A DNA stretch of 64,000 nt, taken from positions 457,022 through 521,021 of the forward strand of contig NW_004797493.1 of assembly GCF_000002075.1 (NCBI RefSeq). Direction: 5' to 3'. The stretch's first letter is position 1; each line of letters opens with the position of its first letter. The translations under genes and the position numbers were made by a program. The notes beneath the pieces are model-generated. The model did not search any database. It worked only from the letters and a program-made list of their open reading frames with translations, and was not told the DNA's origin. The DNA comes from Aplysia californica (Eukaryota). This document shows positions 12,272-24,017 of this stretch, piece after piece.

Positions 12272-12456
12272 GTGGGTGGTTGGCAGGTGCTCTGGTTGGG
12301 TTTGCCTCTTCATTTCTATCAAACACCTATCGTCCTTATCTCCTCTCCTTCTTTTTTATGTTTGTTACTCTCTTGTAACACCTCTAATCTTCTGGCGCTC
12401 ATATGACCTTATGCAGTTGTGAGCGCTGTAAAACCTCTACTAAAACTTTTAAAAAA
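12272..12456 (+). mobile_element. ~180-bp short retroposon copy with long TSD
   Basis: GACTCTATGCTCATGGAGGATTTA at 12238-12261 and 12457-12480. Confidence 0.88.
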
Positions 12457-15400
12457 GACTCTATGCTCATGGAGGATTTATGGGTTTTGTTACTGTTTCT
12501 GGATTATTCACTTTTGTTGCTTTTTTCTATTTTATGATATATTTAAAACTGAACTATAATATTCTGTTCATGAATCTGTTGACTTTGAGGTTGGGTTGTG
12601 TTTGTCTGCATGCTTGTTTTGATATTTGTGTTACCATACGAATGTTTGTATGTGTGAGTGTGTGTCTGTTTGTGTGTGTGTGTATGTGTGTGTGTGCATG
12701 CAAATGTGCATATATGCACACCAGGTGTACAGTTTAATGGTTTCCTTTTTATCTTTTTTCTGTTTTGAGTTGAGTGCTGTTTCTTTGTGTTTTTCGTTAT
12801 TCAGCAGTATGTACTATTTTGGTGAACACAATTTTTGTTAAAGCCATTTGTTTGTGCCTCTAGTTTTTGCTTTCTTTTTTTTTTATCTAAGTGCTGTGGT
12901 AATCTGCTTTCTAGTTTCACTATGCTATGTGCCATTCTGAGTCACATGTTTAATGTGTTCTGTTGTTATTCTTATTTGTTCTTTTTTTTTTAATTCTCAA
13001 AGTTGATAATTTTCCTTTTTATTTTGTTGTTTTTGTAAGAGGAAGTTGTCCTCAGTAGTGCTGAGAAATTTGCATTATGAGCTTAATTTAAGAACTTTAG
13101 CTTACAGGCCATTTATTCATTTGCTATTTGTCCAAATGTAGTGTTAAATAAGAGAGATGGACTGATTGTTGAGCTCTGTGGGTTTTTTTCTGTCTGAAGG
13201 AAAATTCTTACTGTTGTTGCTTTTAGTGAGATAAACAGACTTTTATTTATTCTATAGGAATTGTTTTGAACCAGGACAAGAAAAGAAAACCCTTACTTCT
13301 TGTTATATTTTGATTTGCATTACATGTTTGTTATTTTAGAACAGTTTCTGTTGTTGAGTTTATCTTTTTCATGTTGATGTTTGTGATAATTTTGTTAGTT
13401 GAATTGTAAGGCAGGATTTTACATGTTGCTTAATACAATTTAAGTTTACAGAGTAATGAGGGACCAGTATAAAACACATCTTATCAATAAGACAAAACTA
13501 CAAAGAGCTGTTTCTGAGAGAATGGAACCGTAATCTTTTACAGGCACAAATATAACATCTCTCTTGCTCTGAACAATTTAATTATTCAAGAAGAAGCACA
13601 AAACTTTTTAGCTTTGATATGTCTGAAATAGTTTGTGGGACGATATGTGTTTATCTTAACTATGAAGACTGGATTATCAGTTAGATGTTTGGACTTGACT
13701 TGGAACTTTGGTTTGCATTTAGAATGTCGTCTACTGCAGCTTACCATAAAGTCAGTAGTTCTTTAAAGAGAGGGTGTGTGTGTGTTTGTGTAAATGCACT
13801 CATGTGCTCACTTGCTTGTGTCTGTGGATGGATGTGAAGGGTTTCCAAGATGTGAGTGTTCGTAGTAGCTTACATCTGTATGGAATACTGCCGGCGAATT
13901 GATATTTTTTCTCTCTCCTGTTTTAAAACAAAACAGTCTGGATACAAAAATCAATGGCTGTCTTCTCAACTGTGGCTGAAGAGTGCCCTGTTGGTCCAAG
14001 TGTCTTAGTGCCATGATTGTGTGGAAATATTGATTGTGGTTTTCCTCACACACTTGTCCTTTCCCATGATTTTGCGTAACGCTGTGTGAATGGTTACCTT
14101 TTTGCCTTTTTTTCTTTTTCATGCCTGTATTTTGAGCATTCTAGATTCTGTACCCACCAGTGATCAGGTTAAAGTATATCTGGTAAAAGTTATCGAGCCT
14201 TTTTAGTAATTTCTCACTTATCTCACCCCCCACCCCTGTGTTATTTTCTGACCACTTTGGTTTAAACATTTCTAAATAGCTGTAACTGTGTTCCTTGTAG
14301 GTTTATTTCTGTTGCTTCTCGTTAGTTATACTCTCTTTGCTGAATGTCTTATCCCTCAAAGTACGTAGGATCGGTTGCAGGATAGGTTTTACTTTCTGTG
14401 GAGAACCATTCGTTCACACCGGCTGCTGCACTATTATAACACTTTGTCTATGCACAATGCAATTTTCTCTTTTTTTTGGCCTGCATTTATTTTCTGTTCC
14501 TTTTTTCATACGTCAGTGTGTGGTGGTGTAATGTTTTTCTCCAATGTTGAACGGGTTGGTAGTTGTTTTTGATAACATTGCTTGTCACATTTTCAACATC
14601 AAAAGTGTAAGTTGATATTAGTAGGCTATAGGTGAGGGTATATTTTCAAATTGAATAATTATTCAAATTTGGCTTGTTTTGTTCCCCTGGACAGTAGTCG
14701 TGTCCATAGTTCAGTAGTAGATCATGCTCACTGTGAGTTTTTGACACCTTAGTTCATGTTTTAGTTCTTTTCTTTGTAAAGATATTTAATTTCTCAGGTT
14801 CTCATGGTCAACGCTTGCCTTTTACCAATATGATCATAAGCATGATTCTAGGAAAAAGAGAAAAAAGACCCCCCCCCCCCATAACAAAAATTGTTTTTCT
14901 GAGAAACGCTCAAAGCACTAGATCTGTTCTGTGTTCTAACAAGTTCAGCACAATGATTTATTTCTCGTCTAGAATTAGTTTCAATAATTTCTAGCTTGGA
15001 CCAGACAAGTGTCCGGGCCTCTTTTCAGTCCTGTTGGTGGAGGTTTGAAGTAGGACTGCTGTGTGTCTGGTCATGCTTATTTTTGACAAGGAACAAACTC
15101 CACTGTCGGGCATTCTTTTGTGTGCTGATGTAGGTCTTGCATTTAAGTCTTTTCACCCACGCATTGTGCAGAGCAAACGCAACACTTCTCCCCACGGACC
15201 AGGATACAGCTGCGGTGCACGCTATACCACACCATCGGTGTCCCATGGGGAAAAGGGATAGCTTCTTAATCTTACTGTCGCTGATCGGTGTCCCGTGGGG
15301 GCATAGTGTTAAGTTTTTTTTCAGTTCTGATGTCTCTTTTAAGTTGTTTTCTGTTATGTCTAAGTTTGACTTTTCCTTTAAAAAAATTTTTTTTTTTAAA

Positions 15401-18400
15401 CCTTACTAAGGACGATCAAGGTATTGGGAGGTAGGACATTTGAGTTTATCTCCGTATCTGATGGAAAACTATAGATATATAATACTGGTAGCCTTAACCG
15501 TCCCCGTCGTTTTATACAAGAAAAATTCTGAAATTATGCAAACTGAGCCCAAAAATGTGAAATTATGCGATTCTGTTAATTTCAACTAAGAATGATAAAG
15601 GAAAATAATCTAAAATTGTGCAAAAAATGATCAAATTTGGCTAAATTATGCGGGGTGCATAAAACCACGAGGACAGCCTGAAAGACTCCTCAGGCTAGTT
15701 AGGTCCAGGAAGGAATTTGAATTTGAATCATAACTGTTTAGGGCATAGTGCAGGCTGTCTTCTACTGAGTCATCAGTGCAGTGTGTTGATGTTTGTATGG
15801 GCTTTTTTATATTTCACTGTACAGGCATTGTATGANNNNNNNNNNNNNNNNNNNNNNNNNNNNNNNNNNNNNNNNNNNNNNNNNNNNNNNNNNNNNNNNN
15901 NNNNNNNNNNNNNNNNNNNNNNNNNNNNNNNNNNNNNNNNNNNNNNNNNNNNNNNNNNNNNNNNNNNNNNNNGGTGTAAAACGTGGCTATGGACTTGTGC
16001 AATTCCGCTCTTCTGAGTCTCTGGTCTCTGCCTCTGTTTCCTGTACCGCTGTCTTGATGGGTCCTGCAAAGTGTACATAAGTGCTTTTTTGTCCGTATTG
16101 TTAAAGGCTATGATTGTATGTGGAGTGTGGACAGGGCCATCCACTGTTTTGTTGCTTGCAGTTGGCATGAATGATTCATCAGTGACTTTATATAATTTAT
16201 GTACATATACCGTAGATTGCTTAATTTATTCAACTTTCATGCTCGCTGTTGTTTCGTATGCTTACATGGCTTCAAGGCTGATGGTTGCTTACACGAGGAA
16301 TACCCTTTGTGTTTTTTATTCTGCAGTTTGTCATTGAGCGTCATGTTGTCATCCACCCTTGCTTCTTCCACCTGCAGCTGGTTTGCCAAATTATGCTCCA
16401 AAGTGGGTGGCTTCTCCTACTTTTTGGTATTACTACAACAGTCTGTGCTTAAAACGATGTCCGTTAATCATTTCATGATAATTGTCTTTTACTTTTTTTT
16501 GAGTTCTCAGCAAACATTTCTCAGTCGTAGATTAACCCTGTCATCTAACAAGGACACAGAGCGACAAAACAGTCCTCTTATTTGTTTCCAAATTTGTTTC
16601 TACAACCACAGTCAGTTTTTATATGAGAAAGGAATAAGTCTGCTTTAAAATAATTTTATGACTGTTCATTATTGAACCCCACAGATCCTGGGCCATGCCT
16701 CAGAACATGCTATCCTTTCCCTTGTGCTAAGTATCAAAAGCATGTAAGTGTAAGTGTGGGGTTTTGCAAACCCGGCAGTTCCCTAAGATACTCAGGTCCA
16801 CGGGACTTGCAGGCTCAAAGGTTCAAGCCACGTCTTTATCATGCTTGTGAATGTGAGACGGTGAGATGTGATACCCTTTCCAGTCTCTAATTTTATCTTT
16901 TTTTTTTTTCTTTCTCCCTTACCCGTCCTTCTGCTTACATCGTCCAGTTCACAATGTCAAATCTTTAACTAGGTTGCAGAAGATACAAGCTATTTTTTAA
17001 AGGCATACAGTGTTAACATTTTTAGTTCTACAATTCAGTTAGAACTTGTGACTTTCAATATTGGATCTAATATTTAACTCTGACAAGGGGTAGTGTGTGC
17101 TCATCCTATTAGATTCTCTTCTGTATGGCTGGGGGTGTACCGGATAAAACAGAAAGAAAAGGATCTGCTAATTTTCTTCTGTGCTGTGCCCATGATGAAA
17201 TGTATGTTGTTCTTTTATGTTGCCATTTTTAGTCCAGATAAAATTTGAATTGTCCTGTTGTAAAATGTTTCCTCCACAAATGTTCCTCTGTTAGTGATGG
17301 TCCCCTGTACATGGATTTGTGTAGTGCCTGCCAGTTTTTCCATTTGTACTATGGTATAGTTTCTATTCATCAATCATTCCGTCAATCATTTTCATGTAGA
17401 AAATGGGTCCAGTCCTCATCATTCTTTCCCTCCCTTCTGCCAATTTATTGGTTTGTGTTCGTCTCCAAGTTCTTTCTTCTATCTGTCTCTCCTCCTGCTC
17501 GCTGTTGTCTTCAGTTTTGCCGCCTGTCACTTCCATTTCTCCACGTTTCTTTCTCTGAGGAGCTGCCCAGTATGGTGCAGTAGGTCGTGAACTTGAGATG
17601 CTTCTCGGAAGTTACAGATTCAGTTCATGTTTGGTCTTAACTCTTTTTCTCGTCCTTCCTGGAGTATTATCTGCCAGCTCAGTGAAATGTTAACCAAGAA
17701 CTCCACATGGAAATTGTTTGTATGGAATATATAGGGCATTTACTCAAATAACAATGAATGTTATGGGAATAAATGATTAGCTTAATGAGGTCTGGTATGG
17801 GCTTTTGGAACTTATGAAATTGGGAAATAATTATTACAGAATCATTTGTTGTACCGGTGCTTCTAAACCAACTTCAAGGTAATCTTGGACGCTGGAAAGT
17901 CTTCAGATGGACTACTGAGTCCCATTATGTCCTTCTTGATCTGAGTGTGACTTGTCTACACCTACACCACCAAGCTAGTGGTTCCTCAGTCTCTCTTCAC
18001 TTCCCCTATGACTTTTTCCTAGTGACCCTGACCTTACTTTATACTCTGTTCATTTACAGCAAATGTTCTTCCACATGGTCTCTACCCCAGTCACCCGTAA
18101 CTTACGTGCGCTTTTTTTATATTTGTATGTACTTTTGATAGGTTGCTTTGCTAAGCTTTTTAAAAATTGTTCGTGGGGATTCTCGATGTTGAACCATCTC
18201 GAAGCCTTGATATGGGAAAGATATTTCTCAAGAACTGCTCAGAAAGCTGAGAAAAATGACTCTCATTTTAGAACCTCAACTGTTTTGAACTGATGTTTGG
18301 GATGTATTTGCAGTCTTTACCTCTACTGTGAAGAAATGGGGACTCAAAATTATTTATTTCATGTATGATATTTCTTGATGTTTCCGACATTGAAAAGCGG

Positions 18401-19435
18401 TAATTTTTTCATCTACTTTTGAACTACACATGGTCAGTTTGGTGGCATGCAGAAAAGTTTTTCCTTTTCATATCTTTCTTTTTAAACTGTGCTCATCATT
18501 TCCAGAATGAATTAACATAAACTCAGCATATTTCTACAAGTTTGTGTCTTGATTTCTTCATGAAGGAGGCAAGACGTAAGGACAAACCCCGTATGTCATT
18601 TGCATATTCAGACACAGATTATACACATACAGGAGACAATGCTGTATCATCGCTGTTGCTCTCTTCATGTTGTTTTCGTATACTTTCTTATAATGCGAGA
18701 GCTAATTGTAGGCTGTTTAGTCTAGGAAGGGTTTCTGGGATGTGGGTGATGGTGTTGTATGGGGTATGCACATGATAAGACTTACTGAAGTTATAAGTTT
18801 CAACCTGTGTGGCGTGTCATTTGACATCGAAATCCCTTTTTTTAGAGTAATTAATTCTGGGATTTGGATGTCAAAAGAGACTCAGATATTTGAGCAAGAT
18901 TTTCCTATTCCGTAGATCTTATGGTGTGCACACTTTTGAATAAATAAGCTCAAATCTTGAGCTGCGACTCTTCCCAACATTGTTTCACCCCAGTTGTCTG
19001 CCTCTTCCTGCGACATTTTGTACTCCTGTTTCCTCCCCCCGCACTCTCAAGGCACACAAAAGCTGACCCCACTGTTGATGATATTTTTAGTCTTTTTTAA
19101 AGCGAAAAACAAAATGAAATGATGTGCATGTAACAATGGCTTTGGCCAATAAAATTATTTTGGAAAAAAAAAAATCATCTTTTTTATCTTCTTTTTTAAC
19201 ATGTTTGATGTTTTTGAAAAGAACTGCTTTTTCCTCCTGACTCTGGATGGACTGACCTGGAAGAGTCCCAGAATTTCTCTTAAAATGTTGTCTTATTTCT
19301 TTCTTATCATTCTTTCTCTTTCCTCAAGCTTAATCAACAGAATGCCTCGTCCAACAATCTGAGAAAGACTGAGTGAGAGTGAGCCAGGTACATTTCTCTG
19401 TGAGATGGCCACTGAGGGGGCAGTAATCCACAGCT

Positions 19436-20456
19436 CCTTCTTTTCTTTCAAACATCTATCATCCTTTTCTCTCCTCCTGTTTTTGGTGTTTGTTACTCTC
19501 TTGCAACAATACCTTTGATCTTCTTATATGACCTAACTGTGTTGCAAGTGTAGCAAAAATGCTAAGTAAAAAAAAACCAAAAGATAAGTAGGAAGTAGAG
19601 GGAGGGAAACACCACTACACAGTCAAATTGGTCGCTTTTAAGCACAAGGAGGGGGCTATCCCGAAAAATGCTTTTTTGAGAAAATCAAAGGTAGAGTTTT
19701 GGATACTTATTCAGTTTCTTTACAAGACAAGAAGAGTTTTCTCTATAACCAAACAATGAAACCAAACTTCTCCTATAGGTAGGGCAATGCCCACTTTTGG
19801 TGTAGGTCAAGATTCCTGGAAACCCCCGAAATCTGGGTTTGCCTGCTTGTCCTTAAAAGCTACCAATTGTCCACGACAGCCATCCAGTGATAAGTAGAAA
19901 AGTGGTTGTCTCAGACAGGTGGACGTCTTGGACAATGCCATAGGAACAAAGAAAACGACACAAGGGGCAGAAGTAGGAAGTGGTGGTTTGTACGGGTGAT
20001 TGTCTTTTTTAAAGAAAATAGTAGAGGGTTTTACGGCGCTTGCAACTGCATAAGGTCATATGAGCGCCAAGGGGTGGGTGTCAACAGAGAAGTTTTTACA
20101 GGGAATCAGACTTAGACTGTTCACCTCTCTAGCTTCAACAGCACAAGGCACAAGGTCTGCTTCGACTATCAAGGCACCCCAAAATAGCAGGTCACAAGGA
20201 AGTGACAAACATACAAAAGAAGTAGAGGAAAATGACAATAGTAAGAATCAGGGAAAAAAAGCAGCACTTCCCTGTTGTAGATCAGGCACAGTTATGAGCG
20301 TGACATGAGTCAGCCCATTTACAATTCTACGATGCTTGAACGAGATATGTCCCCCTTTTGGGAATGGCCTAAAGACACTACTGCCCCGGGGGGTCGGTGA
20401 TTGTCTTGAACAGGTGATTGTCTTGAACAGGTGGGCATTAGAGCAGGTTCAACTAT
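19436..20456. mobile_element. TE cluster between the convergent gene ends (diverged retroposon copy, pogo-like MITE pieces, reverse tail at ~20017-20068)
   Basis: Similarity to other copies in the window. Confidence 0.6.
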
Positions 20457-20509
20457 ACAACACAAAACCAACATTGTCTTTTTTTACTTTGAAGCAATAA
20501 CCAAAAGTG

Positions 20510-23500
20510 AGCATTGATTAACTCTTGGGTTTATTCATCAAACCATAAATATCTTCCAATAACGAAAGAAACAAGCTTTTCAGAGCTGAAATGTACAGGG
20601 GAGCGGTTGATAGAGGAAGTGAACAACAAAGAAAGTTAAGATATAACTTTACATTGTCAACAATTATTCCTCACCTATGTCTTCTGTTGGAAAAAAGCCA
20701 TAGCACCAAATTTGTCTATTGTTTTTCTCTTGTATATTATTACATACATAAAATCTACAACAAGGACTGAGAGAATTAGAATTTTATACGTTAGGCTATA
20801 GAGAAATATCTCAATGGGTAGGATCTTCATCGTCCTGACAACATGGCAAGTTCATTGAATAGTAGGAATTTCATTGCAATCATGAAAAAAAAAAAAAATC
20901 TTTTACAGCATTTCTAACTTCAAAAGAAAGTTCTGAACTAATAGCCTACAAACTCTGAAATGATCATGTGATTACCCCCTATACTTTAAAACATTAGCCA
21001 AAGGCCCCTTGATGTGACAGGAAATATATGAATAAACACATTGATCAGAGTATGCGACACCTTAAAAGTTGCTACTCTTTGCACTATACAGGTTTATATT
21101 TCATGCCTAATTCAGTACCTCATTGCCACAGTAAGGAGAAAAATGTAAAAGACTAGCCAGAAGAACACAAGAACTGAGAAGTTGGAATGCATCCGTGACC
21201 TATTGCCACGATGCTAGGCAAGCAATACACCAATGACATGTTCAAGTTAAACAAATGCAGACAACGTTTGATAAAAAAATTAGTCATTTATTAAACTGGT
21301 GAAACAAAACAACTTCTGGTGACCTCTATTAGTATAAATTTAAGCAATAAGCTGACAGCTTATGTCAGTGTCTGTCCTTGGAGAAATATCAGAGCAAGCT
21401 CCAAAGTCAATGATTTCACCGCTCAAACCTCAGCAAAGGCACGATGCTAAATGGAAATGTACAAGTGAAGGGAACAGCTGCTTTAACCAAAAAATTACAC
21501 AGGAGCAATACACAGGAGAATAAATTATGATATCAATCACATAAAATGGTGAACATTTAGTTAAAGTCGTCTCTGACATTAGGTATCAAAACACGGAACT
21601 TCACCTCTATCAAAAGAAATCGACTTATACAACACTGTAATTGTCAACACTCTTTGAATGCCTCAAAAGGCCAAGCATAGCCTAAAACTGCAGAAAGCAC
21701 AACACCATCAGTGACTGAAGTAGGCCACTGTCAGTTCCAGTGGCCTGCCTATTTTCTATCCAAATGTCACCATCCAGCTACCTTCCCGAAGGGTCATCCT
21801 TCTGAAACTGTATTTCCCGATCAAACCAGCAATTGATTCTAGTTTCTGTTTGTTTCTTCCAAAAAATGTTTACATCAGCATGTCGTTACAGTCACAGTTT
21901 ACAGAGAATCACAGAATATCACACTAGTCAAACAACACCCCCCCATAAACACCACAGCAGGCCATCCCAGTATGTCATCTTTTATAGCTTTAGACTTCAC
22001 GCATCTTGCATTAGGATAAATCAAAATGGCCTTAAAAAATTAAAACAAAAGGTATCACAACTAGCAGAGCTGTGGAGAAACAAAAATGAATAACAGACTT
22101 CCTCATCATTACAAAAAGAAAAGACATTCAATTTTAAATGATGAGAGCTGATAGAAATATACAGCTCTTGGACACCTTGGAAGACATTGGAAGAATGGAG
22201 TCCAACTACAAGAGAACAAATTCTTCTGATGTAAGGAAGGAGATGAGCATTTCCCTTCTACCAAAAGAACAATGAACAAAGATTTCCTCAAACACACACT
22301 TCCAAAAACTTTCGTCACGAACATCCTAATTCAACGTCACCCTTTCACATAAGGTGAAGCATTACTGTTGTTGGAGTGGCTCAGAAATCTTTGACAAAAT
22401 GTAACAACAGATGAAATAAGAAAAAACAAAACCCCGGCACAACACAACCTATTGTGTCTTGTCATCATATCACAAAGGCAAAAACTGGTAGGAGAAGGAC
22501 ATTTTAAAAAGCCCACGGCAAATGAAAGAATTACAAAAGATAACTATGATCTGCTTACACAAAAAGTTGTCAATGTACATCTCATCAACACAAATAGTCT
22601 CCTCTACTATACAATTATCTCCACAGGATCATCAATACATAAGTCATTTTGACAGTCCCCAGGCAGATGGGACTGGTCTAATATTATACGTCAGAAATTT
22701 ATGTAATGGTCGTACAATGGACTATCCTTTGGATCATCTAAAGGAGACACAAAAAGAACACACAGATTTAATGATAAAAACACTCGTACGAGTTTCCTTT
22801 TTCTTTTCCAATGTAGTCAGGGGTAATAGGAAAAAGGCACGTTTTTTTTTCTAAACATTTTTTTTCGCAGAACTGACTTTAAGTGAAGTCTACTGTACAT
22901 CTATATATCAATATGTGCACCAGATTGGAAATTACATACATATTCATTTTGCAAAAGCATTTAAAGGATTGGTGATCAAGAAGCCAATGGACATATTTTT
23001 TATATTTTGATACGATTTATGTTTGAAGCACAAATCAGCATGATGCACAAAGTATTCATCAAAACAGGAATTACATATTATAATTTCAGTTTCTTACTAA
23101 ATCTGTGGAAACAGACACTGTGAAAAATATAAAAGCCTGATTCAATTGAAAACTTTACCAAACACGAACAAAGGCCTCTATCTACTTTATAGATAATTTC
23201 TTTAAAACAATTCTTTTCCTTTTTAAGTTAGATTAAGCGTTATTGGTCTCACTTTGTTGAGTAAATCCCTATGGCCCCCCCCAAAAAAACATGTTTCTGT
23301 GATTTACTTTGGTAGTCTCCACAAGAGGCAGTGAGCAAAGACATTTTTCTGTCTTTCATTCTTGACATTCATATCACTACGAAGTCCGAATAAAATTCCT
23401 TAAAGCGAAAAACATAATTATCAAAGCATGTACCATTATTATCTATGTATGCTCAGTCATTTAACTGAACACAAATACATGTTTTCTCTTGCAAAATATT

Positions 23501-23887
23501 GGAAAGTCATAAACCTATATGTCCAAAAATGAAGTCTAGCACCACAAAAGTACAAACAAATCATACAGTCCAGACCAGAAGAATGGCCACCAGTTCAGAA
23601 ATTTACCTATTAGGCTTCTGTGCTTCTATCCCCTTATCCTTCTCCCAGCCTCCTGACCGTAGAAAGCATCATTCAAACACATCATGCCTCTGACAGAATG
23701 GAACAACATGACCATCTCCTATTCAAGCCATAGACCTAAGCAAGTGGAGCTATATCTTTTCCAGATGAAGCTCAAACAAACAGACGAAATATAATGCGGG
23801 TCTTTTCCCAGGCAAGTTAAGGACACGAACTGTTTCTACTTTTTTTTAAACGCCAACGTTGAGGTCTCACACACACACACACACACA
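20510..23887 (-). other. Putative PITRM1 3'UTR
   Basis: A/C skew on the + strand continues past the stop; minus-strand AATAAA at 21287-21292 and 20530-20535. Confidence 0.45.
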
Positions 23888-24017
23888 CTACACAGGCTCC
23901 TCCTCTGTTGTTGTATCATCCTCGCTGACCACTGACCACTTCTTATTTCCCCGAACTTTCTCATTCACTGGTCCTAAGAAGGCAGTGCCAGATGGACACT
24001 TGCTGGGGTTGAGATAC
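23888..24017 (-). CDS. PITRM1: PITRM1 exon 26 (last coding)
   Basis: [45 protein letters not shown]. Confidence 0.9.

Larger units (their letters stand above)
7547..19170 (+). other. Putative long non-coding terminal exon (3'UTR) of the CDK14-like gene
   Basis: Donor AAG|GTGAGT at 5941; strong pyrimidine tract plus ctccag acceptor ending 7546; persistent T/G skew; AATAAA at 10445, 11705, 11811, 17768, 18939, 19148. Confidence 0.5.

Noticed and set aside
15233-15302. Direct repeat ATCGGTGTCCCRTGGGG twice
   Set aside because: Only two short copies with no further structure
18542-18775. 77-aa ORF (MKEARRKDKPRMSFAYSDTDY...)
   Set aside because: No recognisable domain or splice context; length expected by chance
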